Shown one piece after another: positions 44,671 through 58,252 of a stretch of DNA of 64,000 nucleotides. Source of the DNA: Chrysomallon squamiferum (lineage: Eukaryota; Animalia; Mollusca); the NCBI GenBank assembly GCA_012295275.1, contig CM022676.1, forward strand, positions 4,402,001 through 4,466,000, given 5' to 3'. A program made the position numbers and the translations under genes. The notes beneath the pieces are model-generated. The model was not told the origin of the DNA and did no database searches. It saw only the letters and a program-made list of their open reading frames with translations. Numbering within the stretch: position 1 is the stretch's first letter; each line of letters starts with the position of its first letter.

Positions 44671-45676
44671 TCCAAGTAAGTAAGTGTGCATGTGCATTTT
44701 TAATCAACAGAAATCTTTGCTGCATAGAAAAAGGGCGGTCATTTTGAATTGTTGCGTGACCTACGCAACATCTTTGCCAAGTTTTGTTTCTTACGTCATG
44801 ACCTCACGTGGTCAGTGTTATTGTTGTATGTTCTGACCCTATCACTCTGTTTGAAACCAGTGATGCATGAAAAAATACGAACTAACGATATAACCTAAAG
44901 CACATGATACTCTTTCTGTCAAGTCATTGAGTAGCATATTCTTTCTATTGTGTGTGTTTCTCTGTGTGTGTGTGTGTAGGTGTGTGTGTGTGTATATACA
45001 TATATCTGTTTGTGGGTAGGTATACTATACCTATGTATGTGCATGTTTGGGTATCAGTGTATGCTATATATATATATACATGTGTGTGTATGTGTGTGTT
45101 TACGTATATATATATGTGTGTGTCTGTGTATATCTCTGTGTTTACATATATATACATATATACACAGACATACTTGGACACACACATATATTTAATGTTA
45201 AAATATATATATATATATATATAGATATATATATATATAGCATGTACATATGTTGTATGTAATATTTATGAGCGTAGGCAGGTAGGTGGTATATGTGCAT
45301 GTTCGGGTATCAGTGTATGCTTGTATATGTGTATACATACATACCTATATATATGTGTGTGTCTGTGTGTAAGTAAGTGTGCGTGTGCGTTTTTTGTAAT
45401 TAGAAATCGTTGCTGGATAAATAAAGGGCGGCCATTTTGAATTGTGGCGTAACCTAGGCAACATGGATGTTTGCCAAGGTTTGTTTCTTACTTTATGAGA
45501 AGACTTCGTCAGTTTTATTTTGGTATGTTGGGACTCTACCACTCTGTTTAAAACCAGCCATGGGTGCAAAAAGTCGAACAAAAGATTTAATGCAAAACAC
45601 ATGATAGTCTTTCTGTCAAGTCATTGAGTAGCATACTCTTTCATTTGTGTGTGTGTTTCTCTCTGTGTGTGTGTAT

Positions 45677-45726
<50 letters not shown>

Positions 45727-47078
45727 CTGTTTTTGGGTAGGTATACTATACCTACGTATGTGCATACCTAGATATATACGTTCTTATATACGGAATTATA
45801 TACTCAGAGACAATGATTGGGTAGAAAGATGGATGGATGTGTGCATACAGTGAAGTAAAGAAAGAAAGAACAATCAGACAGAGTAACAGATAAATAGAGA
45901 ATAACAGAAAAGAAAAGAGAGGTGTGTACAATCAGAATGGTGGAAATACAAAAATCGATGGAGAAACCTTTTTATAAACAAAGACACACAAAGAGAAAAA
46001 CACATTTGAAAGACAAAGAGAAACAATACTTTGTTATTGTGTACGAAGGGAAAGAGTAAAATATAGCAGAGAACTGGAAAATGTATTTATTATGACAACG
46101 AAAAATATCTTTGTGATCACGAACACAGAAACAAACCAGCTATATGATAAAGAAAGACAGCATAATGAGCAGAAAAATAGTAAACACTAGTTTAGTAGTT
46201 ACATCAGTTCCCTTCATTACGTCCCTTGTCCTGTTTCCCGTTCTAAATGCTTGCTCACAGTTCCTTTAGCCCATTTTCTCTCATTTCGGTCTTTGTTACA
46301 TAACAAACAATTCCTAATAAAATCTAACAGTACAGAGAAAGACATTTAACAGGAAACATGCAGACGCAGAAACATAGTTCAAAATAGAAAAAAAATAAAT
46401 CTAGTCCAAGCCGATTATTACAATATCAAAAAAAAAGAAAAGAAAACAAAAGATTCGTACTCCCGAAACCTCGACAAACTTTTACAAAATCACCACATAG
46501 AATTTTACTTCACTCAATGTAAATAGACAATAAAAATATGAATAGCTCACAAGTATCACAAAAAAAGAGAACAGCTTGGATAGATATGGTTTACCAAGCC
46601 GTGGAAAGAAAACTTGTTAGTATAAAGAAAATCTGACATTGTCAGCCAGGAATTTCATTTCTCATGTTACTGTTATACAAGAAAATAAAGACTTTCATGA
46701 CGTCAAGGATCTTACATCTGAGGAAATATAAAAAATTAATAGATGAAACATGCGAATGATACCAGTGTTACTGAGACCCATCCAATGTTTCTTTTCGTTT
46801 ATGTATACGTGTGTAAATATTTTAGTTTTACGTCATAAATCTCCCGAAGTTTTCTCATAGTTAGAGTCACAATTCACAAAATGGTAATGAATGGTAATAT
46901 ATAATTCTGTTCTGTGTTCTGCATTTAATTCTATCAGACTATTCCATAATTTATTACATGTATTATTCAAGGTAAACGGCAGGTAATTAGTAAACGCGCT
47001 CAACCGTGTCTTCTGTTGTTTATGCTAGACTATTCTATAAGAGAAGCCTGTCTTTTGGGACGAATATGAAATACATAC

Positions 47079-47136
47079 CTTGTACGTAAATTACACATCC
47101 CAGCAACACGAACACACAGAATATCTTACAACTCAT
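47079..47136 (-). other. Extra intact leader exon MSCKIFCVFVLLGCVIYVQ(G)
   Basis: 58 nt, GT donor, own promoter block, no adjacent Ig exon. Confidence 0.72.
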
Positions 47137-48405
47137 TTCCAGTGTTTTAGTTTTAACTGCCGTTAATAAAAATATAGTTTCTTTCTTTTCTTGACTGCTT
47201 TCTCGATTTTACTGCTCTCAAGGTAAAAGCTGTTTTCGACGCCTTCTTGTTGTAATTTATTCTGGTAACTTATGACGTTTACTTCCTGTGTCAGACAAAA
47301 CGTGACCAAAAGTCTCATTGGCTGTGCATATTTATTAATAAACTAAATCCACTCGATTGAATCAGAAAAAATACCTAATGCAGCCTGAGATATAACATAC
47401 AGAGTTGTATTTTGAATAGTTAATTCTTCTTAGTAGGTTATTTCTTCTTCTTCGTTTTCTTTTTATTTTCATTTATTTTTTGTATTTATTTATATTTTGG
47501 TTTTAGTTTATTTTACTTTCTTTTTGTATTTAAGTACATTTATAAGTATGTGTGAAGGTATTTCATCCTAAAAGGTGTATGTATTTCGATATTTGCATTT
47601 ATACCTATATGTAAATACAGATGTAGTTAAGTACGTATATATGTATGTATATATCTCTCTCTATATATGTATGAATGGGTGTATATGTGTGTGTGTGTAT
47701 GTCTGTGTTTACATATATATACATATATACACAAACATACTTGCACACACACATATATTTAATGTTAAAATATATATATATATATATATATAGATATATA
47801 TAGCATGTAGATATGTTGTATGTATCTAATATTTATGAGCGTTGGCAGGTAGGTGTTATATGTGCATGTTCGGGTATCAGTGTATGCTTGTATATGTGCA
47901 TACATACATACCTGTATATATATATGTGTGTGTGTGTGTATGTGTGTGTGTGTGTAAGTAAGTGTGCGTGTGCATTTTTTGTAATCAGAAATCTTTGCTG
48001 CATAGATAAAAGGCGGCCACTTTGAATTGTGGCGTAACCTAGGCAACATGGATGTTTGCCAAGGTCTGTTTCTTACTTTATGACAAGACTTCGTCAGTTT
48101 TATTGTTGTATGTTGTGACTCTACCACTCTGTTTAAAACCAGCCAAAAGATTTAACAAAACAGATGATACTCTTTCTATTGTGTTCGGTTCATACTTAAA
48201 TATGTGTGTGTGTGTGTGTGTGCGTGTGTGTGTGTGTCTGCTGTATGTTATTATTGTTGTTGTTTTGTTATTATTATTGTTGTTTTGTTATTATTATTAT
48301 GCTTGCTTTATTATATATTTTTATACTATATTACGTTATGTTACATTGCGTAACGTTAGGCTGTATAGTGTACTGTCATATTCTGATATATTATACGTAT
48401 GAATA

Positions 48406-48441
<36 letters not shown>

Positions 48442-49556
48442 CATAGATATACCTGTTTCTGTGTATGTATACTATACCTATGTATGTGTATACGTTTATA
48501 TATATATATATATAAACACACACCGACACACACACACACACACACATACGTTTAGTAGTTAAGTAACTTCCCTTTATTATGTCCCTTGTCTCCTTTCCTG
48601 TTCTAACTGCTTGCCCACAATTTGTTTAACCCATGTTGTGTCATTTCGTTAGACATACGTTGTTACATATGTAATTATATATTCAGAGACAGTGATTGGG
48701 TAGAAAGATGGATCGATGTATTGATACAGGGAAGTAAAGAAAGAAAGAACAATCAGACAAAGTAACAGATAAATTGAGAATAAGAGAAACGAAAAGAGAG
48801 GTGTATAAAATCAGAATTTTCAAGTACAAAAATCGATGGAGAAAGCTTTTTATAAACAAAGACACACAAACAGACTAACACATTTGAAAGACAAAGAGAA
48901 AGATTACTTTCTTATTGTGTACAAAGGGAAAGAATAAAATACAGCAACGAACTGGAAAATGAATTTATTATGTCAACGAAAAAAATCTTTCTGATCACGA
49001 ACACGGAAAGAAACCTGCTAATATGACAAAGAAACATGACATAAGGAGCAGAGAAATAGCACACACTGGTTTAGTTCTTACATCAGTTCCCTTCATTATG
49101 TCCCTTGTCCTGTTTCCTGTTCTAAATGATTGTTCATAGTTCCTTTAACCCATTTTCTATCATTTCGGTCTTTTTTTACATAAGCAACAATTCCCCAAAA
49201 ATATAACAGTACAGAGAAAGACATTTAACAGGAAACATGCACATACAGAAACATTGTTTAAAAAAACAAAAGCATTTTAAATCCCATCCAAGCCGTTTAT
49301 TTCAATATCAAAAAATAAATAAAACTGATCAAGTCATGTCATGACGTAAGAAACAAAACTTGGCAAACATCCATGTTGGGTAGGTCACGCGACAATTCAA
49401 AATGGCCGCCCTTTTTCAATGCAGCAAAGATTTTTATTCATTAAAAATGCACACGCACACTTAGTTACATTCACGCACACACACATACACACACTCAGAT
49501 ATATATATATGTAAACACACACATTCACACACATGCATACATATATACTTAACTAC

Positions 49557-49588
<32 letters not shown>

Positions 49589-50051
49589 CTGTATAAATGG
49601 AAATATTGAAATACATACACCTGTAAGGTAAATTACCTTCACGCACACCTATAAACGTACATATGTAAACTCGGACATTAATAAAAATAAAAATAAAAAT
49701 AAAAAAAATTCGTGACTTATAGATGTAATGTATTTAGCGGATTTCTTATAAATTGTTATATATATCAATTAGCTGAACGGCATAGATTAAAATGCATTCA
49801 ACTTTTGAAGGTGGAAATTATTGTTTGCTGGTTAATATTTCAAGACGGTCGACATAGTAGGAAAAGACAAAATTTTCGAAGGTTTTACGCATGATCGGAT
49901 ATGACGTAATTTGTCAGTGTATTGTTTGTTGTGTATTCGACTGTTTACAGTTATTCTGTAAAAAAAAAAGAAGAAAGAAAGAAACATTTTAGTACATCCA
50001 ACGTGTTCTTCTTCTTCTTCTTCTTCTTTATTATTCTTCTTATTATTATTA

Positions 50052-50123
<72 letters not shown>

Positions 50124-50124
50124 G

Positions 50125-50159
<35 letters not shown>

Positions 50160-50357
50160 GTTATTGTTATTGTTATTTTTTTTTTATTATTATATCTCCG
50201 TTGCTAATCTCTTTCAGCTAATTCCCAATCTAACCATTTGATTTGTGCTCCCACTACTTTAACGGTTTTATCTATTTTTATTTATTTTTTAATTCATTTA
50301 AAGACGCATACACGCAATATAGAGATAATCAGGAGAACAAAATAATAATAATAATAA

Positions 50358-50388
<31 letters not shown>

Positions 50389-50908
50389 AATAAAAATAAT
50401 AAGAAAAGAAATAAAAAAAGAAAAAAAAAATAAAAAGAAAACAAATTAAATTGTTTCCTTAAAGAAAATCGTTTTCCTGAGAATAAAAACAAATTAATAT
50501 TGTTTTATTTAATTTGTATGTTCGTTTCTCCACATATTTCAAGATTATTTATTATAATCAAAATTGTTTTCCTGAGAAAAAAAAAAAAAAAAACTTTCAA
50601 AATTTGACTAGATATTCCGTTTGAAAGAGGCCCAGTTAAATTTGTTATCGATTTTGAGTTTACACATATTTCTTCAGATTTTCCATAAAAACATTTTTAA
50701 CTTTCCTTTAACACTGAAGAATACACACAGATTCTATTTTTTCATTTGTTATAATCAAAAATGGTTTGACAAACAACTTGTCTGCAATCTTTCATATGCT
50801 CAGGATTATCTGAATTACACCTGAAAAAAAACGGATAAATAAAAAATTTTATCTGAACAAAATGTCGACTGCAGATAATAAAAGAAAAAACGAAGAACAA
50901 AAATAAAA

Positions 50909-50944
<36 letters not shown>

Positions 50945-51029
50945 ATATAAAAACGAACAAAATAAATCATATCTTTCTACTTTTCAAAAACATATATGCC
51001 AGTATGTGCACGTACGAATATGTCTAAAA

Positions 51030-51273
51030 TAGTCATAAAAAAAGTTCACAGGGAAAATAAGATAAGTTCAAATTTTATAACATGAGTCTATTTTGTCATC
51101 TACTAATATACTAAAACACGTGTCACTTTTTTATATTATTATAACAGTTCCTGAAGTAAATGAAAATGAAAATTTTTTAAAAATAAAATCGCCTGAATTA
51201 GTACCTGCGGCCCAACTGAGGATGAGTCTTGTCTCATGTGGCCAGCTTGTTGAAAAAAGCTTGCCCATTCCTG
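51030..51273. mobile_element. Third, inverted and partly deleted copy of the hAT-like MITE
   Basis: Reverse complement of the 24115 element, with the same flank. Confidence 0.55.
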
Positions 51274-51613
51274 AACTAAAACATTGTCAATAATTCATAG
51301 CATTATTACATAAATGTATGCTAATACCACTAACGTTAAATAATAATAATAAAAATCTCAAAGTATAATCAGTTTCGTGTAGACTGTCTTTTCGTAGACT
51401 GCAGAAGTCAGTCGATTGAACCCAGTCTATTACAGATTACAGTCTATTACAGTCTATTTTACAAAGAATATAAAGGGTGTTTTACTTACGAAACAGAAAA
51501 TAAACGTGGTGACGCATCAACAGGAAAGAAAACAAGGAAGAATTTAAAACAGAAAAACGTAGCTAAGACAGTATATATTTTCATTAACGACAGTGAAAAC
51601 TAAAATACTGGAA

Positions 51614-51662
51614 ATGAGTTGTAAGTTATTCGTGTTACTGGGGTGTGTATTGTACGTACAAG
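51614..51662 (+). other. Short-type leader exon upstream of copy E with a GC donor
   Basis: MSCKLFVLLGCVLYVQ(G)|GCATGT; paralogs have GTATGT. Confidence 0.62.
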
Positions 51663-51973
51663 GCATGTATTTTATATTCAAATTATTTATCTCTATCTGA
51701 GTTAGTCTCGTTTCATTTACCAAATGTGGAGTCGACGTCATTTGTGGATGACTAATGGTAATAACTGTGCAACATGAAGTCTTGAAATATATTTATCAAA
51801 ATATGAAACCATAACATAAAATAACATAACACAGGATAACATAATGTATCGTAATATGACAGTACATTACACAGAATAACGTAACGCAATGTAACATAAT
51901 GTAATACAATATAAAAATATGTAATAAAGTAAGCATAATAATAATAACAAAACAACAACAATAATAACACACA

Positions 51974-52064
<91 letters not shown>

Positions 52065-52446
52065 ATAAACTGAACACAATAGAAAGAGTATGCTACTCAA
52101 TGACTTGACAGAAAGAGTATTAGGTGTTTTGGGTTACATTTTTTGTTCGTCTTTTTCCATGCATGGCTGGTTTTAAACTGAGTGGTAGAGTTACAACATA
52201 CAACAACAAAACTAACCAAGTCATGTCATGACGTAAGAAACAAAACTTGGCAAAAATCCCTGTTCCCTAGGTTACGCCACAATTCTGCAGCAAAGATTTC
52301 TAATTATTAAAATATGCAGACGCACACTTACTTACACACACACGCGCACACACACATATGTATATGTATGTATATATGTATGTATACACACACAAGCATA
52401 GATTGATACCCGAACATACATACATACACATATACAACCTACCTGC

Positions 52447-52490
<44 letters not shown>

Positions 52491-53116
52491 AACATTACAT
52501 ATATGTGTGTGTCTGTCTGCGTGTATGTTTGTTTATATATGTTTATATGTATGTAAACACACACGTATACACACTTACATACATATATACATATACAGAA
52601 ATATACATACGTACATATATACTTAACTACATGTCTATGTATATATCTGTATAAATGCAAATATGGAAATACATACACCTGTAAGATAGAACACCTTCAC
52701 ACACACTTATAAACGTACATAAATACACTCGGACATCAATAATAATAATTAAAAAACTAGTAATAAAAGAAAAGAAAAGAAAATAAAAGAAAAAGAAAAC
52801 GAAGAAGAAGAAAACACATTCTAAGCAGAATTAACTATTCAAAATACAACGCTGTATGTTATATCTCAGGTTGCATTATGTATTTTTCTGATTCAGTCGA
52901 GTGGATTTAGTTTATTAATAAATATGCAGAGCCAATGAGACTTTTGGTCACGTTTTGTTTCACACAGGAAGTAAACCTCATAAGTTACCAGAATAAAGTA
53001 CAACAAGAAGACGTCGAAAACTGCTTTTACATTAACAGCAGTAAAATCGAGAAAGCAGTGAAGAAAAGACAGTAACTATATTTTTATAAATGGCAGTTAA
53101 AACTAAAACACTGGAA

Positions 53117-53158
53117 ATGAGTTGTAAGTTATTCTGTGTGTTCGTGTCTGCACTATAG
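53117..53158 (+). pseudogene. Copy E proximal leader, truncated by a deletion
   Basis: MSCKLFCVFV joins directly to intron sequence and reaches TAG; donor lost. Confidence 0.72.
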
Positions 53159-53580
53159 GCTATCTGTCTGTCTTTTGAGAGGGAACCATTTATCTGTACC
53201 TGAGTTCATTTCATTTACTTACTGTGAAATCTATACTCAGTCGAAGTTATGTTTCATTGACTAATGTAAAATGTATATGCGTAATTGTGTGATTTGAATT
53301 TTTGAAACATATCTGTATTAAAACATGAGACAATAATATAACATAACATAACATAACATTAGGATATGAGAGTCCATAACATGGCGTATCGTATTAATGT
53401 AACATAATGTAATAAAACGTAAAGTATAATAATAATACTAATACTACTAATACTACTACTAATAATATATAAATAAATAAATTAAAAATTAAAAATAACA
53501 CAAAACTTAACAAGAATGTATTTATAAAATATGTATTTTATATTATTATATTTTATTTGTTTTATTATTTTAAATTGAAG

Positions 53581-53892
53581 GTCAGTATCACAGTTTAACA
53601 ACATCAGAGAAATATGCAATTGTTGGATCACCTTTTACTTTTACCTGTCGAGGAGTTCCTGCTCCTCTGATTATCTGGTTTGAGAATAACACAGAATACA
53701 TGTTGGCTGTTGTAGTAGGAAGATACGGTCTGTGTTATTTTTGGGATGAACATCCAGAAGAATACACTTTTAAGTGTTCAAATGGTATTAACACTCTGAC
53801 AATAAAATCTGTGAAACTCAGTCAACATGGAACAGTGTGGAGATGTGGTGATTTTAAACCAGGCAGCAATGAAATAAAACTGGAAGTGAGAG
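53581..53892 (+). CDS. Copy E Ig1 exon (V-like)
   Basis: 312 nt, open; GQYHSLTTSEKYAIVGSPFTFTCRGVPAPLIIWFEN...WRCGDFKPGSNEIKLEVR. Confidence 0.88.
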
Positions 53893-54432
53893 GTAAAAAA
53901 CAGTTTTATTATTAATATTATTACTGTACCTATTATATGTTAAAAAAGAAAAAAACAACAACAATGAAATAAAACTGGAAGTGAGAGTTAAAGTTAACTT
54001 ATTTATTATTAAAATTATTACTGTACCTATAACATGATAAAAAAAAGCAATGAAATAAAACTGGAAGTGAAAGGTAAAATTAACTTATTTATTATTAATA
54101 TTATTACTGTACCTATTACATGATAAAAAAAAGCAATGAAATAAAACTGGAAGTGAGAGGTAAAATTAACTTATTTATTATTAATATTATTACTGTACCT
54201 ATTACATGATAAAAAAAAGCAATGAAATAAAACCGGAAGTGAAAGGTAACATTAACTTATTTATTATTAATATTATTACTGTACCTATTACATGATAAAA
54301 AAAAGCAATGAAATAAAACTGGAAGTGAGAGGTAAAATTAACTTATTTATTATTAATATTATTACTGTACCTTCTATATGTTAAAAAAAACAAAAGCAAT
54401 GAAATAAAACTGGAAGTGAAAGGTAAAATCAG
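53866..54432 (+). repeat. About 86-bp minisatellite built from the Ig1 exon end plus splice donor (6 extra units)
   Basis: aatgaaataaaactggaagtgagaggtaaaattaacttatttattattaatattattactgtacc repeated. Confidence 0.88.
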
Positions 54433-54765
54433 TTTTATTTATTATTATCATCCTACAAAATATGTACTGTTAATGATGACAAAACAATGAACTAAATATA
54501 TCAGCAAAAAATGTTAGGAAAATAACTAACTAACTGACAAACAAACTAAATAAATAAATAAATAATATTTGTAGTCATTATAATATCAACAGCAACAACT
54601 CAAACATGACATCATCACCATCACTTCCAGGACAACTTCGATAACTAACAATACGAGCAACACACAATTTCTACTGTCAGAATGAATAAAGCAAAAACAT
54701 GAAGAAAATGACGACGAAGCTGCCGATAATGATGTTGCTGATGTTGATGTTTTTGCTTTTTTCAG

Positions 54766-55026
54766 CTGGTCCTGGAACATCACTCAAATTCAATACTTCG
54801 TCTGTTGTGACTGCTGTGGAAGGAAGTGACGTCACAGTGTCTTGTTCGGCGACCTGTTTCATCACGTGTAACTATGAATGGAAGCTCGCAGATGACGTCA
54901 TAAGTAACACAAGCATTCTCTCATTGGCTAATGTTCACATAACACAATCACGTGTCTATGTGTGCGTGGCTGAAAATCCAGATACGAAACAAACTGGCAA
55001 TAAAACACTTCATTTGACTGTTCATC
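54766..55026 (+). CDS. Copy E Ig2 exon (C2-like)
   Basis: 261 nt, cag|...|gtaagt, open. Confidence 0.88.
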
Positions 55027-55293
55027 GTAAGTAATAAACTAATCATAGTAAAAATACAAATGATAAAATAAACAAACAAGTCAATATTTGTTAGACGTGT
55101 AAATTTATAATATCAGAGACCCAGATATAAACGTTTATTTAAGAAAATCCAGATAAAATTAGACTCACTTTGTTAGGCTATAGATTGCTTTATCTATGCA
55201 TTTATCTGAGTGTGTGTCTCTCTCTGTGTGTCTCAGGGTGTGGGCGTACCCGGGCGTGCCCGGGCATGTTTAATGTTTACAGTTTACTTTCAG

Positions 55294-55605
55294 GACCGCC
55301 GAATCTTCAGGGATCTGCCCCTTACGCTGTCAGCGGTCTTTCATTTACGTTGACATGTCAGACTTTCCAAACTTCACATCGCGTCAGGTGGTTTGAGAAT
55401 GACGTCAGCTATGACGTGTTAAGTTTTGGTGACGGACACTGTATTGCTATGCCACATTTTAGTGGAAATTACAGTTTCGAATGTTTCATTAACAAGTTTC
55501 TAGTTACTATAACATCTGTCAACAGAAATCAAGAAGGAAATATTTGGCGATGTAAAAATATCGATCATCAATATTCGAGTAACACAATTGTGTTGAAAGT
55601 TAGAG
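55294..55605 (+). CDS. Copy E Ig3 exon (V-like)
   Basis: 312 nt, cag|...|gtatta, open. Confidence 0.88.
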
Positions 55606-55878
55606 GTATTATAATATAAATTTAATTGATAATAATAATAACAACAACAACAACAACAACAACAACAGCAACACCAATAACAACAGTATCAGCAGGTTTA
55701 ACAATAATAATGATGATGAAGATGTCTATGATGTTGATGATTATTATTATAATGAGTATCATGTTGATAATAATAGAAACAAACAAATATCTATGATGCA
55801 TTTATTTATTTATTAATTATTAATATTATTATTATTATTTATTAATTAATTTTTTTTTTTTTTTTTTTTTTTTCATAG

Positions 55879-56139
55879 ACGGTCCCGGTAGTTCAGTTCG
55901 AGTCAATTCTTCATCTGACATCACTGTAGACGAAGCAAGTGACGTCACAATATCATGCAAAGCCGATTGTTTTATCAAATGCCTTTACAGATGGGAACTG
56001 ACCAATCAGATTGTCAGTAACAACGAATTACTGGCACTGACTAATATCACGAGATTTCAAGATGGCGTCTACACATGCATTGCTTCTAATCCGGATACGA
56101 ACCAAACATCGCATAGCAAAATTATTATTAACGTTACGT
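55879..56139 (+). CDS. Copy E Ig4 exon (C2-like)
   Basis: 261 nt; DGPGSSVRVNSS..CKADCFIKCLYRW..QDGVYTCIASNP. Confidence 0.87.
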
Positions 56140-56218
56140 GTGAGTTTTAATTCACTTTATTTTTTATTTACTTTAGAATACAAATCATAAAATAGTTATA
56201 CAAAATATGTTCAGATAG

Positions 56219-56374
<156 letters not shown>

Positions 56375-56424
56375 TGGATAATAAATGATAGCGAAATATT
56401 AAAGTCTACTTTTTTTTACTCCAG

Positions 56425-56701
56425 ACAAACCGTCCATTAAGACAAAGGTGGTCACTGAACATTTGAGTAACAATGCAAGGGAGAATAAACTAAATGCAAC
56501 GTTTATATGTAACGTTGACAGTAATCCGAAGTCCGCCATTAAAATACTGAAAGGGAGACAACTGCTGCACCAAGTTCAGAACGCCACGACATTGGAGTAC
56601 AGTTGGATAGTGACATCTTGTTCAGACTGGGAAGGATTTTATTGTGAGGCCGAAAACTGTGAAAACAGCAGTGAGAAAATCTTTGGAATCGTTTATTCTT
56701 T
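56425..56701 (+). CDS. Copy E Ig5 exon with a net 2-nt deletion near its 3' end
   Basis: 277 nt versus 279 in A; GAAAAC-T-GTG versus GAAAAC-AAA-GTG. Confidence 0.78.
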
Positions 56702-57064
56702 GTACGTTATCTTGATTCTTCATACGTGTGTCCATGTGTGTGTATGTTTATGAAAATATATATATATATATATATGTATGGATATTTGTCTGTATGTACA
56801 TACGTATATGTGTGTGTGCATCTCTATTTCTGTGCTTATGCAGCATGTATTTATGTAGTATCCATATATGCATGTTTGTTACAGAAAATACAATTAATAC
56901 CAATGGAAGTTTCGTTTTAACTGAAGATAATTTAGCAACAGCAAATAAATAATTACCTAGTCTGTGAAGATAATTTGATAATATCAAATATACAAATTCA
57001 CTAATTATTGAAGCTATATAAATAATTCAATCACACATTTTTATTTTCATTAATGAATTTTCAG

Positions 57065-57181
57065 GCCCTGCAGAAGACAGCAGTCAGTTTGGAAAAGAAT
57101 TTGGCAGCGGTTTTGGAACATTCCTTGTTCTGTCTGTTATCATTGTCATTGTGGTTGTTCTCTACGTCCGAAACAAACGAA
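57065..57181 (+). CDS. Copy E transmembrane exon
   Basis: 117 nt; PAEDSSQFGKEFGSGFGTFLVLSVIIVIVVVLYVRNKR in the paralogous frame. Confidence 0.83.
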
Positions 57182-57814
57182 GTAGTTATTTATTTGTTTG
57201 TTTTCTTCTTTCCTTCTTCCTTTCTTTCCTCCTTTCTTTCGTTTTAATTGATTATTTTTATTTTATTTTCTATTCTTTATTTATTTATTAATTCATCCAC
57301 TTGATCGTTCGTTCATTTATTCATAGCTTCATACTAGTGTTTGTTTGTTCTTTGTATCTTTTTTTTTTCTATGTTCGTTTATTTATTTTCTTATGTATTT
57401 TAATTACACTTACCCATAGAGTAAAGGGGAGATAAATCAAGATTACATTACACAGTTACCTTACACAGAGTAATCAAACCTGTTTTTGTGACCACCTGTG
57501 TATTTCAACCACCTGGTAATCACATGGCTGAGGTAAAAAATGACGTATAAGAACAAGAACATTTAATGATAAATTTAATTTTAGAAAGGCATAATGCTGA
57601 AAATGTTTCATGACTATGTCAGTATTCAGGTAGAGTGATTTAAGCACATAAGTATACTGTAGACATAGAAATAGCTAGTATCAGTGTGACTGCTACTACT
57701 ACTACTTCATCCTACTAAAACTATTACTACACTACTATGCTCATGATGATGATAAGGTTATTATTATTATCATTGTTGTTGTTGTTGTTTTATTATTATT
57801 TTTATTGCTGTTTC

Positions 57815-57859
<45 letters not shown>

Positions 57860-57861
57860 AG

Positions 57862-57892
57862 CAGTAAAGAACTCAACTTGGATCCAACAAAG
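57862..57892 (+). CDS. Copy E 31-nt microexon
   Basis: tacag|...|gtaaat, phase 1 to 2. Confidence 0.68.
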
Positions 57893-58166
57893 GTAAATCA
57901 ATTTATACTTTTTTACTATTTTTCTTTCCGTAAACTATAATTCATGTGCTTATGTGCATCTGTCTAAATGTGCTTATGTATATCTCTATGTATTTTGTGT
58001 GTATATATATATATGTGTATATATCTATGTATATATGTATGTATGTATGTGTGTATGTATGTGTGTATGTATGTATGTATGTGTTTACATTCTTTTGCTG
58101 ATTCTCGGATTATTTCTTCAATGTATATGTAGTATACTTTATTTACGTTTGCAATTTCACAATCAG

Positions 58167-58252
58167 CAATGTGCATCAAAATACAGAGAATTCACATTCT
58201 TCTCTAGAGGAAAGAGGAAATGACGTCCCATATGACGTCTTATTGCCTGGTG
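58167..58252 (+). CDS. Copy E cytoplasmic exon NVHQNTENSHSSLEERGNDVPYDVLLPG
   Basis: 86 nt; first Tyr replaced by His, and the remaining VPYDVL fits the ITIM consensus. Confidence 0.77.

Larger units (their letters stand above)
49320..53200. repeat. Inverted duplication of the region upstream of copy C (about 21900-26200)
   Basis: Reverse-complement match including the unique block 25000-25800 versus 49710-50500, the MITE and both leaders. Confidence 0.8.

Noticed and set aside
53866-54432. CRISPR-like repeat array
   Set aside because: The units are contiguous and near-identical with no unique spacers, the context is eukaryotic and no cas genes are present.
54699-54765. Hydrophobic Met-rich stretch preceding Ig2, resembling a signal peptide
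   Set aside because: It derives from (GAT)n-like repeats and the polypyrimidine tract upstream of a clear AG acceptor, so it is most simply intronic. An internal start cannot be fully excluded.
57420-57550. Conserved block after the TM exon (also at about 1790-1885, 18060-18170, 31860-31960) as an extra cytoplasmic exon
   Set aside because: The phase-1 reading hits a stop within a few codons and there is no consistent donor. It could be an alternative short terminal exon, but this is unsupported without RNA data.
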